A stretch of DNA of 24,500 nt from Alteromonas naphthalenivorans (GTDB lineage: Bacteria > Babelota > Babeliae > Babelales > CAIQNR01): NCBI GenBank assembly GCA_047631715.1, contig JBLICC010000005.1, positions 1 through 24,500 on the forward strand, written 5' to 3'. Both the position numbers and the translations under genes were made by a program. A model generated the notes under the pieces. The model saw only the letters and a list, made by a program, of their open reading frames with translations. It did no database searches and was not told where the DNA came from. This document shows positions 8,724 to 18,166 of the stretch, piece after piece; the stretch's first letter is position 1, and the number at the start of each line of letters is the position of its first letter.

Positions 8724-8834
8724 TTTTCCCCCACCCGGCAGAACGTCGGATAGGGGAAATGGAGGTTATCGTGATTAAGTATTTCATGAATCGGTCGACT
8801 CATACAACAAGTTAAAATGTATCGTAATCGATCC
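8724..8834. other. GC-rich structured intergenic element (terminator and/or small RNA candidate)
   Basis: Hairpin 8725-8759 (TTTCCCCC...AGGGGAAA) plus a second stem 8761-8834 enclosing hairpin 8786-8803; lies between convergent genes. Confidence 0.4.
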
Positions 8835-8874
8835 AAAAAATCAAATTATTTCTACAATTAATTTGTTATTTTTA

Positions 8875-9987
8875 TTAAGACAATCTATCAAAAGTAACTT
8901 TTTGATAGACCTTCTCATATTCTTGAATCATCGTTTCTATCTTAAAGTCAGACAGAACCCTCTTTTTAGCATTTACAGCTATACGACGACACAGTGCTCG
9001 GCTCTGAATTAACCCATCAAGACTTTTAGCCAAAGCCTCTGGGTCTCCTGCAGAAACCAAAAAACCATCTTTTTTATGCTCAATAACATCATGTTTTTGA
9101 TCTACACTCGTTACCACTGGCACCACACCTGCTCGCATAGCCTCGAGCAAAGCAAGAGAAATTCCCTCTTTATGCGAAGTCAAAACAAAACAATCAAATA
9201 GCTCATAATAGTGTTGAGCATCTTTGCCAACCACAAAAATAACTCTATCTTCTATACCCAAATCATAGGCTCTTGTTCTTAAAAACTGCTCTTGAGACCC
9301 TTGGCCAACCAGCACTAAACGAGCCTTTCTATGATCGTCATACAAAAGAGCAAAAGCTGTCAGTAGTAAACCATAATTTTTAACCCACTCAAATCTACCT
9401 ACCGATCCAATCACAAAATGTCCTGGAGTAAGGCCAAGGCTTTCTCGAGTGATTTTTTCACCCTCTTGCTGATTACTATCAATACCATTTTTTATCACTT
9501 GCGCAGACCGAACAATTAACCATGGTGCATAATGCTTAAGCGAATCATGTACTCCATCAGAAACAACAACAAGCTCGCCCCTCTGATTTGCTGTTAAACG
9601 ATCAAACGCCATACGCACTACACCGTTCTGATCAATATTGTTATGAAGTACTTCTACATGTGGAATCTGTAAATAAGAGGCTATTAATCTTCCTAGCAGA
9701 TTTGCTGCCCACAGTAACGTGTGTAAACAATCAGGATTAAGTTTTTTAATCAAAGAAAACAGTCGAAACATAAAAACTGGATCGTATGCACAAAGCAACC
9801 CAGTAACTTGATAGGTCTTAATACCAAGCTTTTTTATTTTTTCTACATAAGGACCATCATGAAAGTAGAGAACCGTATGTTTAAATTTAGAATTATCGAT
9901 ATGATGTAAAAGCTGATACAAAACACCTTCTGCACCACCCACACCAAGATTAGAAATAACATGAACAACATGAAGCTTTTTTTGCAT
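8875..9987 (-). CDS. Glycosyltransferase family 4 (GT-B)
   Basis: LGVGGAE, VGRFEWVKNY and TSHKEGISLALLEAM motifs. Confidence 0.92.
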   Translation of the reverse strand: MQKKLHVVHVISNLGVGGAEGVLYQLLHHIDNSKFKHTVLYFHDGPYVEKIKKLGIKTYQVTGLLCAYDPVFMFRLFSLIKKLNPDCLHTLLWAANLLGRLIASYLQIPHVEVLHNNIDQNGVVRMAFDRLTANQRGELVVVSDGVHDSLKHYAPWLIVRSAQVIKNGIDSNQQEGEKITRESLGLTPGHFVIGSVGRFEWVKNYGLLLTAFALLYDDHRKARLVLVGQGSQEQFLRTRAYDLGIEDRVIFVVGKDAQHYYELFDCFVLTSHKEGISLALLEAMRAGVVPVVTSVDQKHDVIEHKKDGFLVSAGDPEALAKSLDGLIQSRALCRRIAVNAKKRVLSDFKIETMIQEYEKVYQKVTFDRLS

Positions 9988-10066
9988 AACACTGACCCTC
10001 TCTTATCAAAGCAACTGTTATTTTAGCCTAAATGTTTTTTTTCAAAAAGATAGGTCTAGAAATATT

Positions 10067-10615
10067 TTATGCTAATACCTTTACTCTAGGCAACGCCTCT
10101 CTAATTTCTTGTATGTTTTTTTGAGTTAATTGAGAATTATACCCAATATTAAGTTCTTCTAATGCAGTAAGATCTTTAAAAATACTTGGATCAATTTTTG
10201 TTAATTCATTATTCCAAAGATCAAGTTTTTTTAATTTTACTAAACCTGTTAAAGCACCTGCTTTAACTTGAGTTAAGTGATTGGTCATAAGATCAAGTTC
10301 TTCTAATCCAGAAAAATATCTAAAAGAATCTTCATCAATATTTTCTAAATGATTCCAACTAAGGTTTAATTTAATAAGCCTTGATGGAGCTATTACAAAG
10401 TGACTGCAGACCTCTATCATAAGAGAGTAATTTATGGTTTTAGAGTTGGTAAAACACGATAAGCCGTTTTTTCGAAAAGAAAGATTTTTTTCAGTTTGAT
10501 ACTCAGCTTGTAAATCTTCGATACTTTTTTCTGTTTCTTTCGTTTCTAATAATTTCTCTGATGCTGTATAAATTTGATTCGTTACTATAAGAACAGTAAA
10601 CAATAAATGCTTCAT
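10067..10615 (-). CDS. Exported leucine-rich-repeat protein
   Basis: Signal-like N-terminus; four 24-aa LRRs (LxxLxLxxNxLxxI...F). Confidence 0.85.
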   Translation of the reverse strand: MKHLLFTVLIVTNQIYTASEKLLETKETEKSIEDLQAEYQTEKNLSFRKNGLSCFTNSKTINYSLMIEVCSHFVIAPSRLIKLNLSWNHLENIDEDSFRYFSGLEELDLMTNHLTQVKAGALTGLVKLKKLDLWNNELTKIDPSIFKDLTALEELNIGYNSQLTQKNIQEIREALPRVKVLA

Positions 10616-10697
10616 AACAATTCCCTGTGTTTTATTTTTCTATTAAAGCTATACTAGTAACTAATAACCTTATCAGTTCACAATAGTATGGTATATA

Positions 10698-11321
10698 ATG
10701 AAAAAAATACAAGATGGTTTCTTAGTATCAATCGAAGGAATCGATGGATCAGGAAAATCTTCACTCGCAAGAAATATACATAAAAAGCTTCTAGATTATA
10801 GTTGTGTTTTAACAAAAGAACCGGGCGGCACTCCACTGGGTGAAAAAATTCGTTCTATTCTTTTGCAAACAGATGCTGTAATGTGTGCCAAAGCTGAATT
10901 TTTACTTTTTGCATCAAGCCGAGCGGAGCACTTTGAAAAATTAGTAATTCCTGCACTCAAAAATGGCTCTCTTGTTATTTCTGATCGCATGGCAGATTCT
11001 TCGTTAGTTTATCAAGGATATGCTCGTGGACTCGATATACCGACAATAGATGCGGTAAGCACTTGGGCCATGAATAACGTTAAACCCAATGTAACGTTCT
11101 ATTTAAAATTATCGGTAGAAAAAGCACTTGAACGTATTAAAAAACGTAATATTGCACTTACTACTTTTGAACAAGAAGAAGCTTTTATTCATAAAACACT
11201 TGATGGATTTGAAGAACTTTTTAAAAATAGAACAGATGTGGTTATACTTGATGCAATAGATTCACAAGAACTATTGGCAGATAAAGCAGTAGAAGAACTT
11301 TCTAAACGTATCGGTAAATAA
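10698..11321 (+). CDS. tmk: Thymidylate kinase
   Basis: IEGIDGSGKSS, TKEPGGT and SDRMADSSLVYQG motifs. Confidence 0.96.
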   Translation: MKKIQDGFLVSIEGIDGSGKSSLARNIHKKLLDYSCVLTKEPGGTPLGEKIRSILLQTDAVMCAKAEFLLFASSRAEHFEKLVIPALKNGSLVISDRMADSSLVYQGYARGLDIPTIDAVSTWAMNNVKPNVTFYLKLSVEKALERIKKRNIALTTFEQEEAFIHKTLDGFEELFKNRTDVVILDAIDSQELLADKAVEELSKRIGK

Positions 11322-11323
11322 GT

Positions 11324-12049
11324 ATGGTACAACCAGCTCCAGCACAACTCTTTATTGTTCCTCGAACACAGACTCAAACTATTGTTTATAACTATCTACA
11401 AACAATTTTTTGTGAACATAATACGTGCGGAACTTGTACCACCTGCCAACTCATTAAAAACAAACAACATCATAGTATATTATGGATAGAACCAGAAAAA
11501 CGCTACACACTTGATTTACTTGATGGTATTTCTAAAAAAACAGATTTTTCTTTAGAATCTAATCAAAAATATTTTTTCATTTTAACCAAAGCAGATTTTT
11601 TAACTCCTGCATGTGCTAATAGTTTATTAAAAATTGTTGAAGAGCCTCCACCTGGTTATCATTTTATTTTTGTTGCTCAACGCAAACAGATGGTACTAGG
11701 AACTATTCGATCTCGATGTGTTATACAATCTTTTGGTACCGAACATGCAACACAAGAAGCATTTGCTTTTGGTACACACTTTATGTCTTTTAACATTGAT
11801 CCAAATGCATTTTTAAAAGAGCTTAGTTCAACACAAATTACAGAAGTAGAAAGCATAGAACTACTAGATCTCTTTTTAGATTACTGGTGCACACATCATA
11901 AAAAAGCTGTTGCTTCTCAAAACCAAAATGCTACAGTACGTACACAATCTATGATTAACTTATTTGAAAAAGGGCTTCAAAAACCACCTATGCCTGGAAG
12001 CTCCAAAATATTTTGGCGTAATTTATTCTTACAAAAGTCATTGGTATAG
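11324..12049 (+). CDS. holB: DNA polymerase III delta-prime subunit (short form)
   Basis: C-x4-CGxCxxC Zn knuckle, ANSLLKIVEEPP and TIRSRC; conserved position after tmk. Confidence 0.85.
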   Translation: MVQPAPAQLFIVPRTQTQTIVYNYLQTIFCEHNTCGTCTTCQLIKNKQHHSILWIEPEKRYTLDLLDGISKKTDFSLESNQKYFFILTKADFLTPACANSLLKIVEEPPPGYHFIFVAQRKQMVLGTIRSRCVIQSFGTEHATQEAFAFGTHFMSFNIDPNAFLKELSSTQITEVESIELLDLFLDYWCTHHKKAVASQNQNATVRTQSMINLFEKGLQKPPMPGSSKIFWRNLFLQKSLV

Positions 12050-12052
12050 CCT

Positions 12053-12496
12053 ATGTTTAAATCACTCAAACATGTTCTTAATGGTTCTTTTAGCATGAAC
12101 ACCAATTCATGGAAAACAAAATTACTTTCTGAATGGCCTACTATTGTTGGCTCTCTACATGATAAAATAACTCTTGAAAAAATCTATGAAGACACCATTG
12201 TAATAGGAGTATACGAAGCAGCCTGGCTCCAAGAACTGTATATGCTTTCCTCGGTTTTAATTAAAACCATTAACGGTCACCTCGATAAACCCTATATAAA
12301 AAAGATACGGTTTAAACATGCAACTCGTATTGAACAAAAGAAAAATTTTAAAAAAACAATTAAAACTCAATCTACCCCGCGAGAAAAAGTAACTTTAAAT
12401 TCACTAGAAGCACGAGCACTCTTAAAGATCAAAGACGTAGAGATGCGCAATTCGCTTCACTTATTTTTATCTCGTTGCAAAACAAAAGAATCATGA
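12053..12496 (+). CDS. DUF721/DciA-family protein (helicase-loader-like)
   Basis: WPTIVG...AAWLQELYML...IKTIN...IKKIRF pattern followed by a Lys-rich tail. Confidence 0.75.
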   Translation: MFKSLKHVLNGSFSMNTNSWKTKLLSEWPTIVGSLHDKITLEKIYEDTIVIGVYEAAWLQELYMLSSVLIKTINGHLDKPYIKKIRFKHATRIEQKKNFKKTIKTQSTPREKVTLNSLEARALLKIKDVEMRNSLHLFLSRCKTKES

Positions 12497-13527
12497 AAAA
12501 AACAATCATCTGTGGCGTTGCTGCACGCTCTGGCGGACATATTATTCCCTGCCTCACTCGTATTGAACAAGAACGATCCAAAGATACAGACGTATTCTTT
12601 TTTACAACTCATACAGAACTTGATGCTACTATTAGCAAACAGTTTCCTTGGATTGCCAAACATATTACTTTAAATTTTGATAACGTTCCTTACAAAAAAC
12701 CTTGGTTACTACCTTTGTTTATGTGGCAATTTACAAGAAGTTTTTTTAAAAGCTTAGTTGTTTTTATACAAAACCGACCTCAAAAAATTGTGAGTACCGG
12801 AGGTTATATATCAATCCCCGTATGCCTTGCTGCGCGCTGCTTATTGATTCCTGTAGAGCTTTTAGAACTTAATGTTAAACCAGGGAAAGCATCTCGATTC
12901 ATTGCTCCTTGCGCAAAAAATCTTTTTATTACTTTTAAAGATACTCAAAAATATTTTAGACGTTCATGTTCTTTGCTACCGTATCCTGTACGATTTGCCA
13001 TAAAAGACAAACAAACACATCATAAAACAAAAGCTTTAGCATCTCTTGATTATGATCCAGAAAAAATAACACTTTTTATTTTAGGTGGCTCTCAAGGATC
13101 AACTTTTTTGAATAATCTTATCTGTAGAACTATACAATTTTTGGATCGATCAAAATTACAGATTATTCACCAATCAGGTACAAACGAGACAGAACATTTA
13201 ACAACTTTTTATGAGCAAATGCATATTCCTGCACATGTTTTTTCTTATGAGCAACAGATTACAAAATATTATCAGGCAGCAGACATTGTTATTTGCAGAT
13301 CGGGCGCCGGAACTCTTTTTGAAACAGCTTTCTTTGAAAAACAATGTATTACAATTCCCTTAGAAATTGCTGGAAACACACATCAAGTTGATAATGCATA
13401 TGCTATGCATACTATGCATCCTCAACTATTTACAGTACTTGAACAAAAAACAATTGCTCAAGATCCAATGCTTCTCGCTACACAATTATTATATCTTTTG
13501 AATCTGCCCATGTCACAGGAACAGTAA
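12493..13527 (+). CDS. murG: Lipid II GlcNAc transferase MurG (start revised to ATG 12493)
   Basis: SGGHIIP, STGGYIS, ELNVKPG, GGSQG, RSGAGT and HQVDNA motifs; ATGA overlap with the upstream stop. Confidence 0.88.
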   Translation: MKKTIICGVAARSGGHIIPCLTRIEQERSKDTDVFFFTTHTELDATISKQFPWIAKHITLNFDNVPYKKPWLLPLFMWQFTRSFFKSLVVFIQNRPQKIVSTGGYISIPVCLAARCLLIPVELLELNVKPGKASRFIAPCAKNLFITFKDTQKYFRRSCSLLPYPVRFAIKDKQTHHKTKALASLDYDPEKITLFILGGSQGSTFLNNLICRTIQFLDRSKLQIIHQSGTNETEHLTTFYEQMHIPAHVFSYEQQITKYYQAADIVICRSGAGTLFETAFFEKQCITIPLEIAGNTHQVDNAYAMHTMHPQLFTVLEQKTIAQDPMLLATQLLYLLNLPMSQEQ

Positions 13528-15211
13528 TAGCTGTTCTTTGAGACATAGGATACCAAACAGACATACGACTCACACTTGTTGGACCATATAAAACTGTATT
13601 AAGCATCGCATAACCACTCGGGCTTAAATACTCTTTATCGCCACTTTTTAGAATCATACTTTTGGTTCCATTTTTTATTAAAAATGTTTCTAGTGCTCGT
13701 TTAACACCCTCTGGATTTCCAGGATATGCTTTTACCCATCGTTGAATATATTGATTAAGTTCTTTTTGAGCACCTTGTGTAAGATTAGTAATAAATTGCA
13801 TAAACACAGCTTGTACTGAAGAAATAGCATACTGAGGTGCCGTTACAGTATAAAAGAAAGGCCCTATTGAAGCTTGGCCGTATGAAGCAAAAATATCCAT
13901 TCCCGTAATAACACCCTTAAGCCCTTTTCCATTATCTAAGTACCCAACATTATCAGGTAATTTTTCAGTCAAAATTGTTTTTTGAGCCTGTGCAATAAAC
14001 TTCTTGGAAGGAATCGGTATATTATATTTAGGTATTTTTGTATGAGCAAGTTGAGTTAAAAAGTTTTTCGCTACCGCTTCATCTGTTGTATTAATTCGTA
14101 CCATATACAATTTTGCAAGTTGTTGAGAAACAGGAGGTCGCAACATCATCAAAGCAACACATTTCCCTTCAGGAACAAGACCTATCGGAATATCAACGAG
14201 TGATCCATTATTCGCAATCGCTTGGCCCGTATACATAAACCATAAAGGTTGATTTGGCATTTCTACAGGCATAAGACTCCAACTAGTACCTTCTGTAGCA
14301 GTTGCAACTTGATTCCAAATTTGACACTCAAAAGGAGTAATATCTCGTAAGTTAGGAATATTTTTTTGTATTCCAGGCTGTCTAAAATTGCCAGGAAATA
14401 GTCCCGTTTCTATTCCGCCCGCAGATGTTATTTGATAATTATAGCGTGATGGGCTAGTACTCTTTGTTGAATCTTTTCCCGATCCACTACTACTCGTAAC
14501 ACCCAATCCCTCTTTTGCTAAAGCAACAGATCCACCATTTAATAAGAGAGTAGAAGGCCTTAATGGATTGCTTTTTGTAGATCTTAATGCATTAAATGTA
14601 CCTGCCTCAACTGGCACAGTAACTTTCTTTCCTGCCCAATCAAACGCAATAGAAGCAGTTCCTCCCGCACCATTATAAATTAATCCACTAAATTCTTTAC
14701 TCGTACCAGTTACTGCCCCAATACGCTCAGCCGAAGGTTGCCCCGAATCAGGATCATTATACGTGTGATATACATATACCGTTTTATCGTTTTTTGCAGC
14801 TAAAGTATAATGCGTTTCATCATAAGAATCACCATTATAGCCACGACATTGAGGAATCTCTAAAGAAAAATAAAGTTTTGTTTTATGAAATTTTGTACCA
14901 GTATTGGTCCCAAGAGGCATTGTCATACTAGTACCAATTCCTCCCTCAAATCTTCCTCCCATAACTTTTTTATACTCTCTTGTTTGCACCTTTATACCTG
15001 TTTGCACACCATTATATACAATAAAATTAAATATATAATCAGAAGAAACATACCCTACCATTTGGCCAAGTGCAGAACCAACACTTTTCCCAACCTTTGC
15101 AATAGAATCTCCAAAGCTCTTAAATGAGTTTCCAATACTGCCCCAACTTTCTTCTGCATTCAGTTGCACAGTCAAAAAACAAAGTACTATCAGCATAATT
15201 TTTTTTGTCAT
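13478..15211 (-). CDS. Exported hypothetical protein, 577 aa
   Basis: Long ORF; signal peptide MTKKIMLIVLCFLTVQLNA; AAGGA SD; no family recognised. Confidence 0.75.
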   Translation of the reverse strand: MTKKIMLIVLCFLTVQLNAEESWGSIGNSFKSFGDSIAKVGKSVGSALGQMVGYVSSDYIFNFIVYNGVQTGIKVQTREYKKVMGGRFEGGIGTSMTMPLGTNTGTKFHKTKLYFSLEIPQCRGYNGDSYDETHYTLAAKNDKTVYVYHTYNDPDSGQPSAERIGAVTGTSKEFSGLIYNGAGGTASIAFDWAGKKVTVPVEAGTFNALRSTKSNPLRPSTLLLNGGSVALAKEGLGVTSSSGSGKDSTKSTSPSRYNYQITSAGGIETGLFPGNFRQPGIQKNIPNLRDITPFECQIWNQVATATEGTSWSLMPVEMPNQPLWFMYTGQAIANNGSLVDIPIGLVPEGKCVALMMLRPPVSQQLAKLYMVRINTTDEAVAKNFLTQLAHTKIPKYNIPIPSKKFIAQAQKTILTEKLPDNVGYLDNGKGLKGVITGMDIFASYGQASIGPFFYTVTAPQYAISSVQAVFMQFITNLTQGAQKELNQYIQRWVKAYPGNPEGVKRALETFLIKNGTKSMILKSGDKEYLSPSGYAMLNTVLYGPTSVSRMSVWYPMSQRTAITVPVTWADSKDIIIV

Positions 15212-15286
15212 CTCAATCCTTTTTTCTAAAGCAGAGTTGCTTTTAGATGTACCTCAATTTAAAAGGAAGAGTCAACAGGTATAAAC

Positions 15287-17194
15287 TTATACGAGCAATG
15301 AATGAATTTCGCGCGAAGCTTGATGAGCAACAATTTTTCCTGTTTTCCAGTCTGCGAAAATAGGCTTTAATGATGAATCAAACGCAAATTGTTTTGTTTT
15401 TGTCTTAACCTGCTTGTGTAAAGCAAGCCAAATAGGATACGCCGTATGTACAGGATAAACATATTGCCCCATAGGACGATTATCATCAGAACCAATATAA
15501 AGAGCAGTAGTAAGCTCTGGTGTTGAGCCCGCAAACCAACAGGTTCGAGAATCGTTAGTTGTGCCAGTTTTACTCATTGCCTCTGAATCGATCCAATGTT
15601 TTGTAGTTTTTCTTTTTCGTTCCATACCTGCAGTTAATGTTTTACCTATTTGATCAGCAACTCGAGAAGCAATAACCGGTTCTTTATTATAGGTTTTTCT
15701 ATAAATTTTCTTGCCCCACTCGTCTTTTACCCATCGCACACTATGTGGCTCAACATATACACCACCATTAGCAAACACATTAAACATACCTGCAACCTCG
15801 AATAAAGTACTATCAACACATCCCAATGCAAGAGATGGATACGGATTGAGTTGTCCCTTAATATGCATTTTGCGTGCTGCTACTATCACTTTTTCTACAC
15901 CAACTTCGAGTAACGTTTTAATAGAAATAATATTGTTAGAATACGAAAGAGCACGAGCAAGCGTCATTTCTCCTTCAAACGTACGCGTATGATTACGTGG
16001 CTCCCAAAGCGCTCCTCCACTTTGAATCTTAAGAGGTTCATCAATAGCAGTATCCAATAAACTCATGCCCTGCTCTAAAGCAGTTGCATATAAAACTGGT
16101 TTAAATACTGAACCCTGTTGCCTGTGAGCCTGCAAAGCTCTATTAAACTGAGAACCAGAAAAATTTACTCCTCCTATGAGCGCTTTTATTTCTCCAGAAG
16201 AACGATCCATAGTAATAAGAGCACCTTCTATGTCTCCTCCATACTTTTGCCGTATATGTTTAAAATGCTCTTTAAAAGCACGCTCAGCTTTGCGTTGCAA
16301 ATCATTATTCAATGTTGTTTGAATTTTTAATCCGCCACTATATAAACGCTGTTTACCAAATTCTTCTTCGAGCCACGTACGTAATGTTTCTTTTAAATGA
16401 GGAGCACTATACAAAGCATCAGGAGACTGCAATAACATTTTTGTATGTATCGCCTCACTATATTGTTCTGCAGATAAAAATTTTAAATGCTTCATTTTCC
16501 CCAAAACAATATTACGTCTATGCTCCGCAGAAAGTGGATACAATAAAGGACAATAATTACCAGGAGAACAAACAATTGCCGCTAATGTTGCTGCTTGATC
16601 AGCAGAAATATCTAATGCTTTTTTATTCCAAAATCTTTGTGAGGCGGCTTCTACTCCATAAATACCACACCCAAAATAAACATGATTTAAATATGTTTCT
16701 AGAATCTGATCTTTAGTAAACTGCTGCTCTACCATAAGCGTAAAAAACTGTTCTTTAAATTTCCTTCTAAAACTTTTTGTAGGATCAAAATACAATAACT
16801 TAATTAATTGCTGAGTAATTGTACTTGCACCTTGCACAATACGTCCATGATATACATTAACAAATGTAGAACGTATAATACCCCGCCATGATAAACCAGA
16901 ATGCTTAAAAAAATTCCAATCTTCAGCTGCAATAAATGCATGTAAAAGATGCGGTGGCATTTGTTTAATACTTACAGGATTACGTTTATCAATCTGAAAC
17001 CGCCCCCATTCTTTACCTTTTTCATCTAATAAAATTGAAGGTTTACCCGGATCGTATCGCTCGAGTACAGAAAAATCAACAACAGGATGTCTAAATAAAA
17101 AAAAGAAAAAACCTAAAATAAAAGCCGCTGTATTAAAAAAAATAACAAGACTACTTTTAACAAATAATCCCTTCAGCGTCTTTTTCATTTTCAT
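15287..17194 (-). CDS. Class A penicillin-binding protein (PBP1A family)
   Basis: N-terminal TM; GT51 motifs AEDxxFxxHxG, GASTITQQL, RKxxE and KxxILxxYLN; transpeptidase motifs SVFK, SNN and KTG. Confidence 0.95.
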   Translation of the reverse strand: MKMKKTLKGLFVKSSLVIFFNTAAFILGFFFFLFRHPVVDFSVLERYDPGKPSILLDEKGKEWGRFQIDKRNPVSIKQMPPHLLHAFIAAEDWNFFKHSGLSWRGIIRSTFVNVYHGRIVQGASTITQQLIKLLYFDPTKSFRRKFKEQFFTLMVEQQFTKDQILETYLNHVYFGCGIYGVEAASQRFWNKKALDISADQAATLAAIVCSPGNYCPLLYPLSAEHRRNIVLGKMKHLKFLSAEQYSEAIHTKMLLQSPDALYSAPHLKETLRTWLEEEFGKQRLYSGGLKIQTTLNNDLQRKAERAFKEHFKHIRQKYGGDIEGALITMDRSSGEIKALIGGVNFSGSQFNRALQAHRQQGSVFKPVLYATALEQGMSLLDTAIDEPLKIQSGGALWEPRNHTRTFEGEMTLARALSYSNNIISIKTLLEVGVEKVIVAARKMHIKGQLNPYPSLALGCVDSTLFEVAGMFNVFANGGVYVEPHSVRWVKDEWGKKIYRKTYNKEPVIASRVADQIGKTLTAGMERKRKTTKHWIDSEAMSKTGTTNDSRTCWFAGSTPELTTALYIGSDDNRPMGQYVYPVHTAYPIWLALHKQVKTKTKQFAFDSSLKPIFADWKTGKIVAHQASREIHSLLV

Positions 17195-17205
17195 TCCTTA
17201 CAACT

Positions 17206-17231
17206 AAAAAAGGCCGCTTAAGCAGCCTTTT
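17206..17231 (-). terminator. Rho-independent terminator
   Basis: Minus strand GGCTGC-TTAA-GCGGCC followed by TTTTTT, downstream of the 105-aa gene. Confidence 0.7.
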
Positions 17232-17265
17232 GTTTTTACCTTATAACTCCATTTCAAACAAGATT

Positions 17266-17583
17266 CTAAAAAAGATCCTCTTGCTTGTCTCGTTTTTTAT
17301 CTTTATCGCACATATCTGTACCATAATGTATCGCTGCAAAAACTGCGGCTGTTAAAAGAACACCACTTACAAATGGACGTTTATCTTTTAAATCCATTAT
17401 TTGCTGATAAGGCCACTTAATAAGACCAGATAAAGAAAAACTTGTTCCTGGTACTACAACGTCACCCGTATCAACAAATTCTGCTGCTGGCTCAAAAATT
17501 TCCGCTTCAACATCTGCTGCACATACAGGAATAGCAACAATCATAGAAATCGCAAACAGCGCTCCCATTAATTTATTCTTCAT
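17266..17583 (-). CDS. Small exported/membrane hypothetical protein
   Basis: Signal peptide, C-terminal hydrophobic helix and charged tail; AGGAG SD; own promoter and terminator. Confidence 0.75.
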   Translation of the reverse strand: MKNKLMGALFAISMIVAIPVCAADVEAEIFEPAAEFVDTGDVVVPGTSFSLSGLIKWPYQQIMDLKDKRPFVSGVLLTAAVFAAIHYGTDMCDKDKKRDKQEDLF

Positions 17584-17628
17584 ACTCTAAAACTCCTAAA
17601 AAAATATTAAAATTTCAACAACGCGTAT

Positions 17629-17656
17629 AATCTACTTGATCATCATTAATTGTCAA
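17629..17656 (-). promoter_or_regulatory. Putative sigma70-type promoter TTGACA-N16-TAGATT
   Basis: Minus strand, about 45 nt upstream of the ATG at 17583. Confidence 0.55.
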
Positions 17657-17704
17657 CATAGAATAACAAGGATAACTAGATTAGAATCTTTAATCGAAAA
17701 GAGT

Positions 17705-18166
17705 ATGATGCATCAAGAACTCTATTGTATTTCTCTTACCATTTTCTTCTTTTTTCTAGATCTCTTTTTTATTCAAATTTTTTCACACCAATGCCTTTAT
17801 TTTTTATATATATTTTCTCTTATAACCCTTTTTAAAAAACAAACTTGGCCTTTTACTTTATTTATTTTTTTTCTTTTAGCTGCCGAATCAACACTTATAT
17901 ATACTACTCTTGGAATAGATTTTTTTGCTGCACTTTTAAGCTATACGTTTGCATGGTTTATGCTTGATAAAGCAGCCTCTAAAATATGGCTTCTTCTTAT
18001 AACCCTTATTTCTTTTTTACTTATCACATTTCATACCACGATCTTAAGCTCGCAAAGGCAACTTATACCTTGCCTCTGTACAAGCTTAAGATTTATTGGT
18101 AATTTTGTTTTATTGTATATTTCTTTGAAATGGTTATCTGCAGTTAAACGAGGCAATCGCTTTTAA
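17705..18166 (+). CDS. Polytopic membrane protein (possibly MreD-like); start revised to ATG 17705
   Basis: About 5 hydrophobic segments. The longer TTG start at 17636 overlaps the divergent promoter. MreD resemblance rests on size and hydropathy only. Confidence 0.55.
   Translation: MMHQELYCISLTIFFFFLDLFFIQIFSHQCLYFLYIFSLITLFKKQTWPFTLFIFFLLAAESTLIYTTLGIDFFAALLSYTFAWFMLDKAASKIWLLLITLISFLLITFHTTILSSQRQLIPCLCTSLRFIGNFVLLYISLKWLSAVKRGNRF

Noticed and set aside
8724..8834. Retron msr/msd, group II intron remnant, SRP RNA or tRNA interpretation
   Set aside because: No reverse transcriptase nearby, no domain V, no SRP GGAA/AGCAG motif and no cloverleaf.
8630..8836. 68-aa minus-strand ORF across the structured intergenic element
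   Set aside because: Overlaps the cysteine synthase 3' end and has no motif; the region is better explained by RNA structure.
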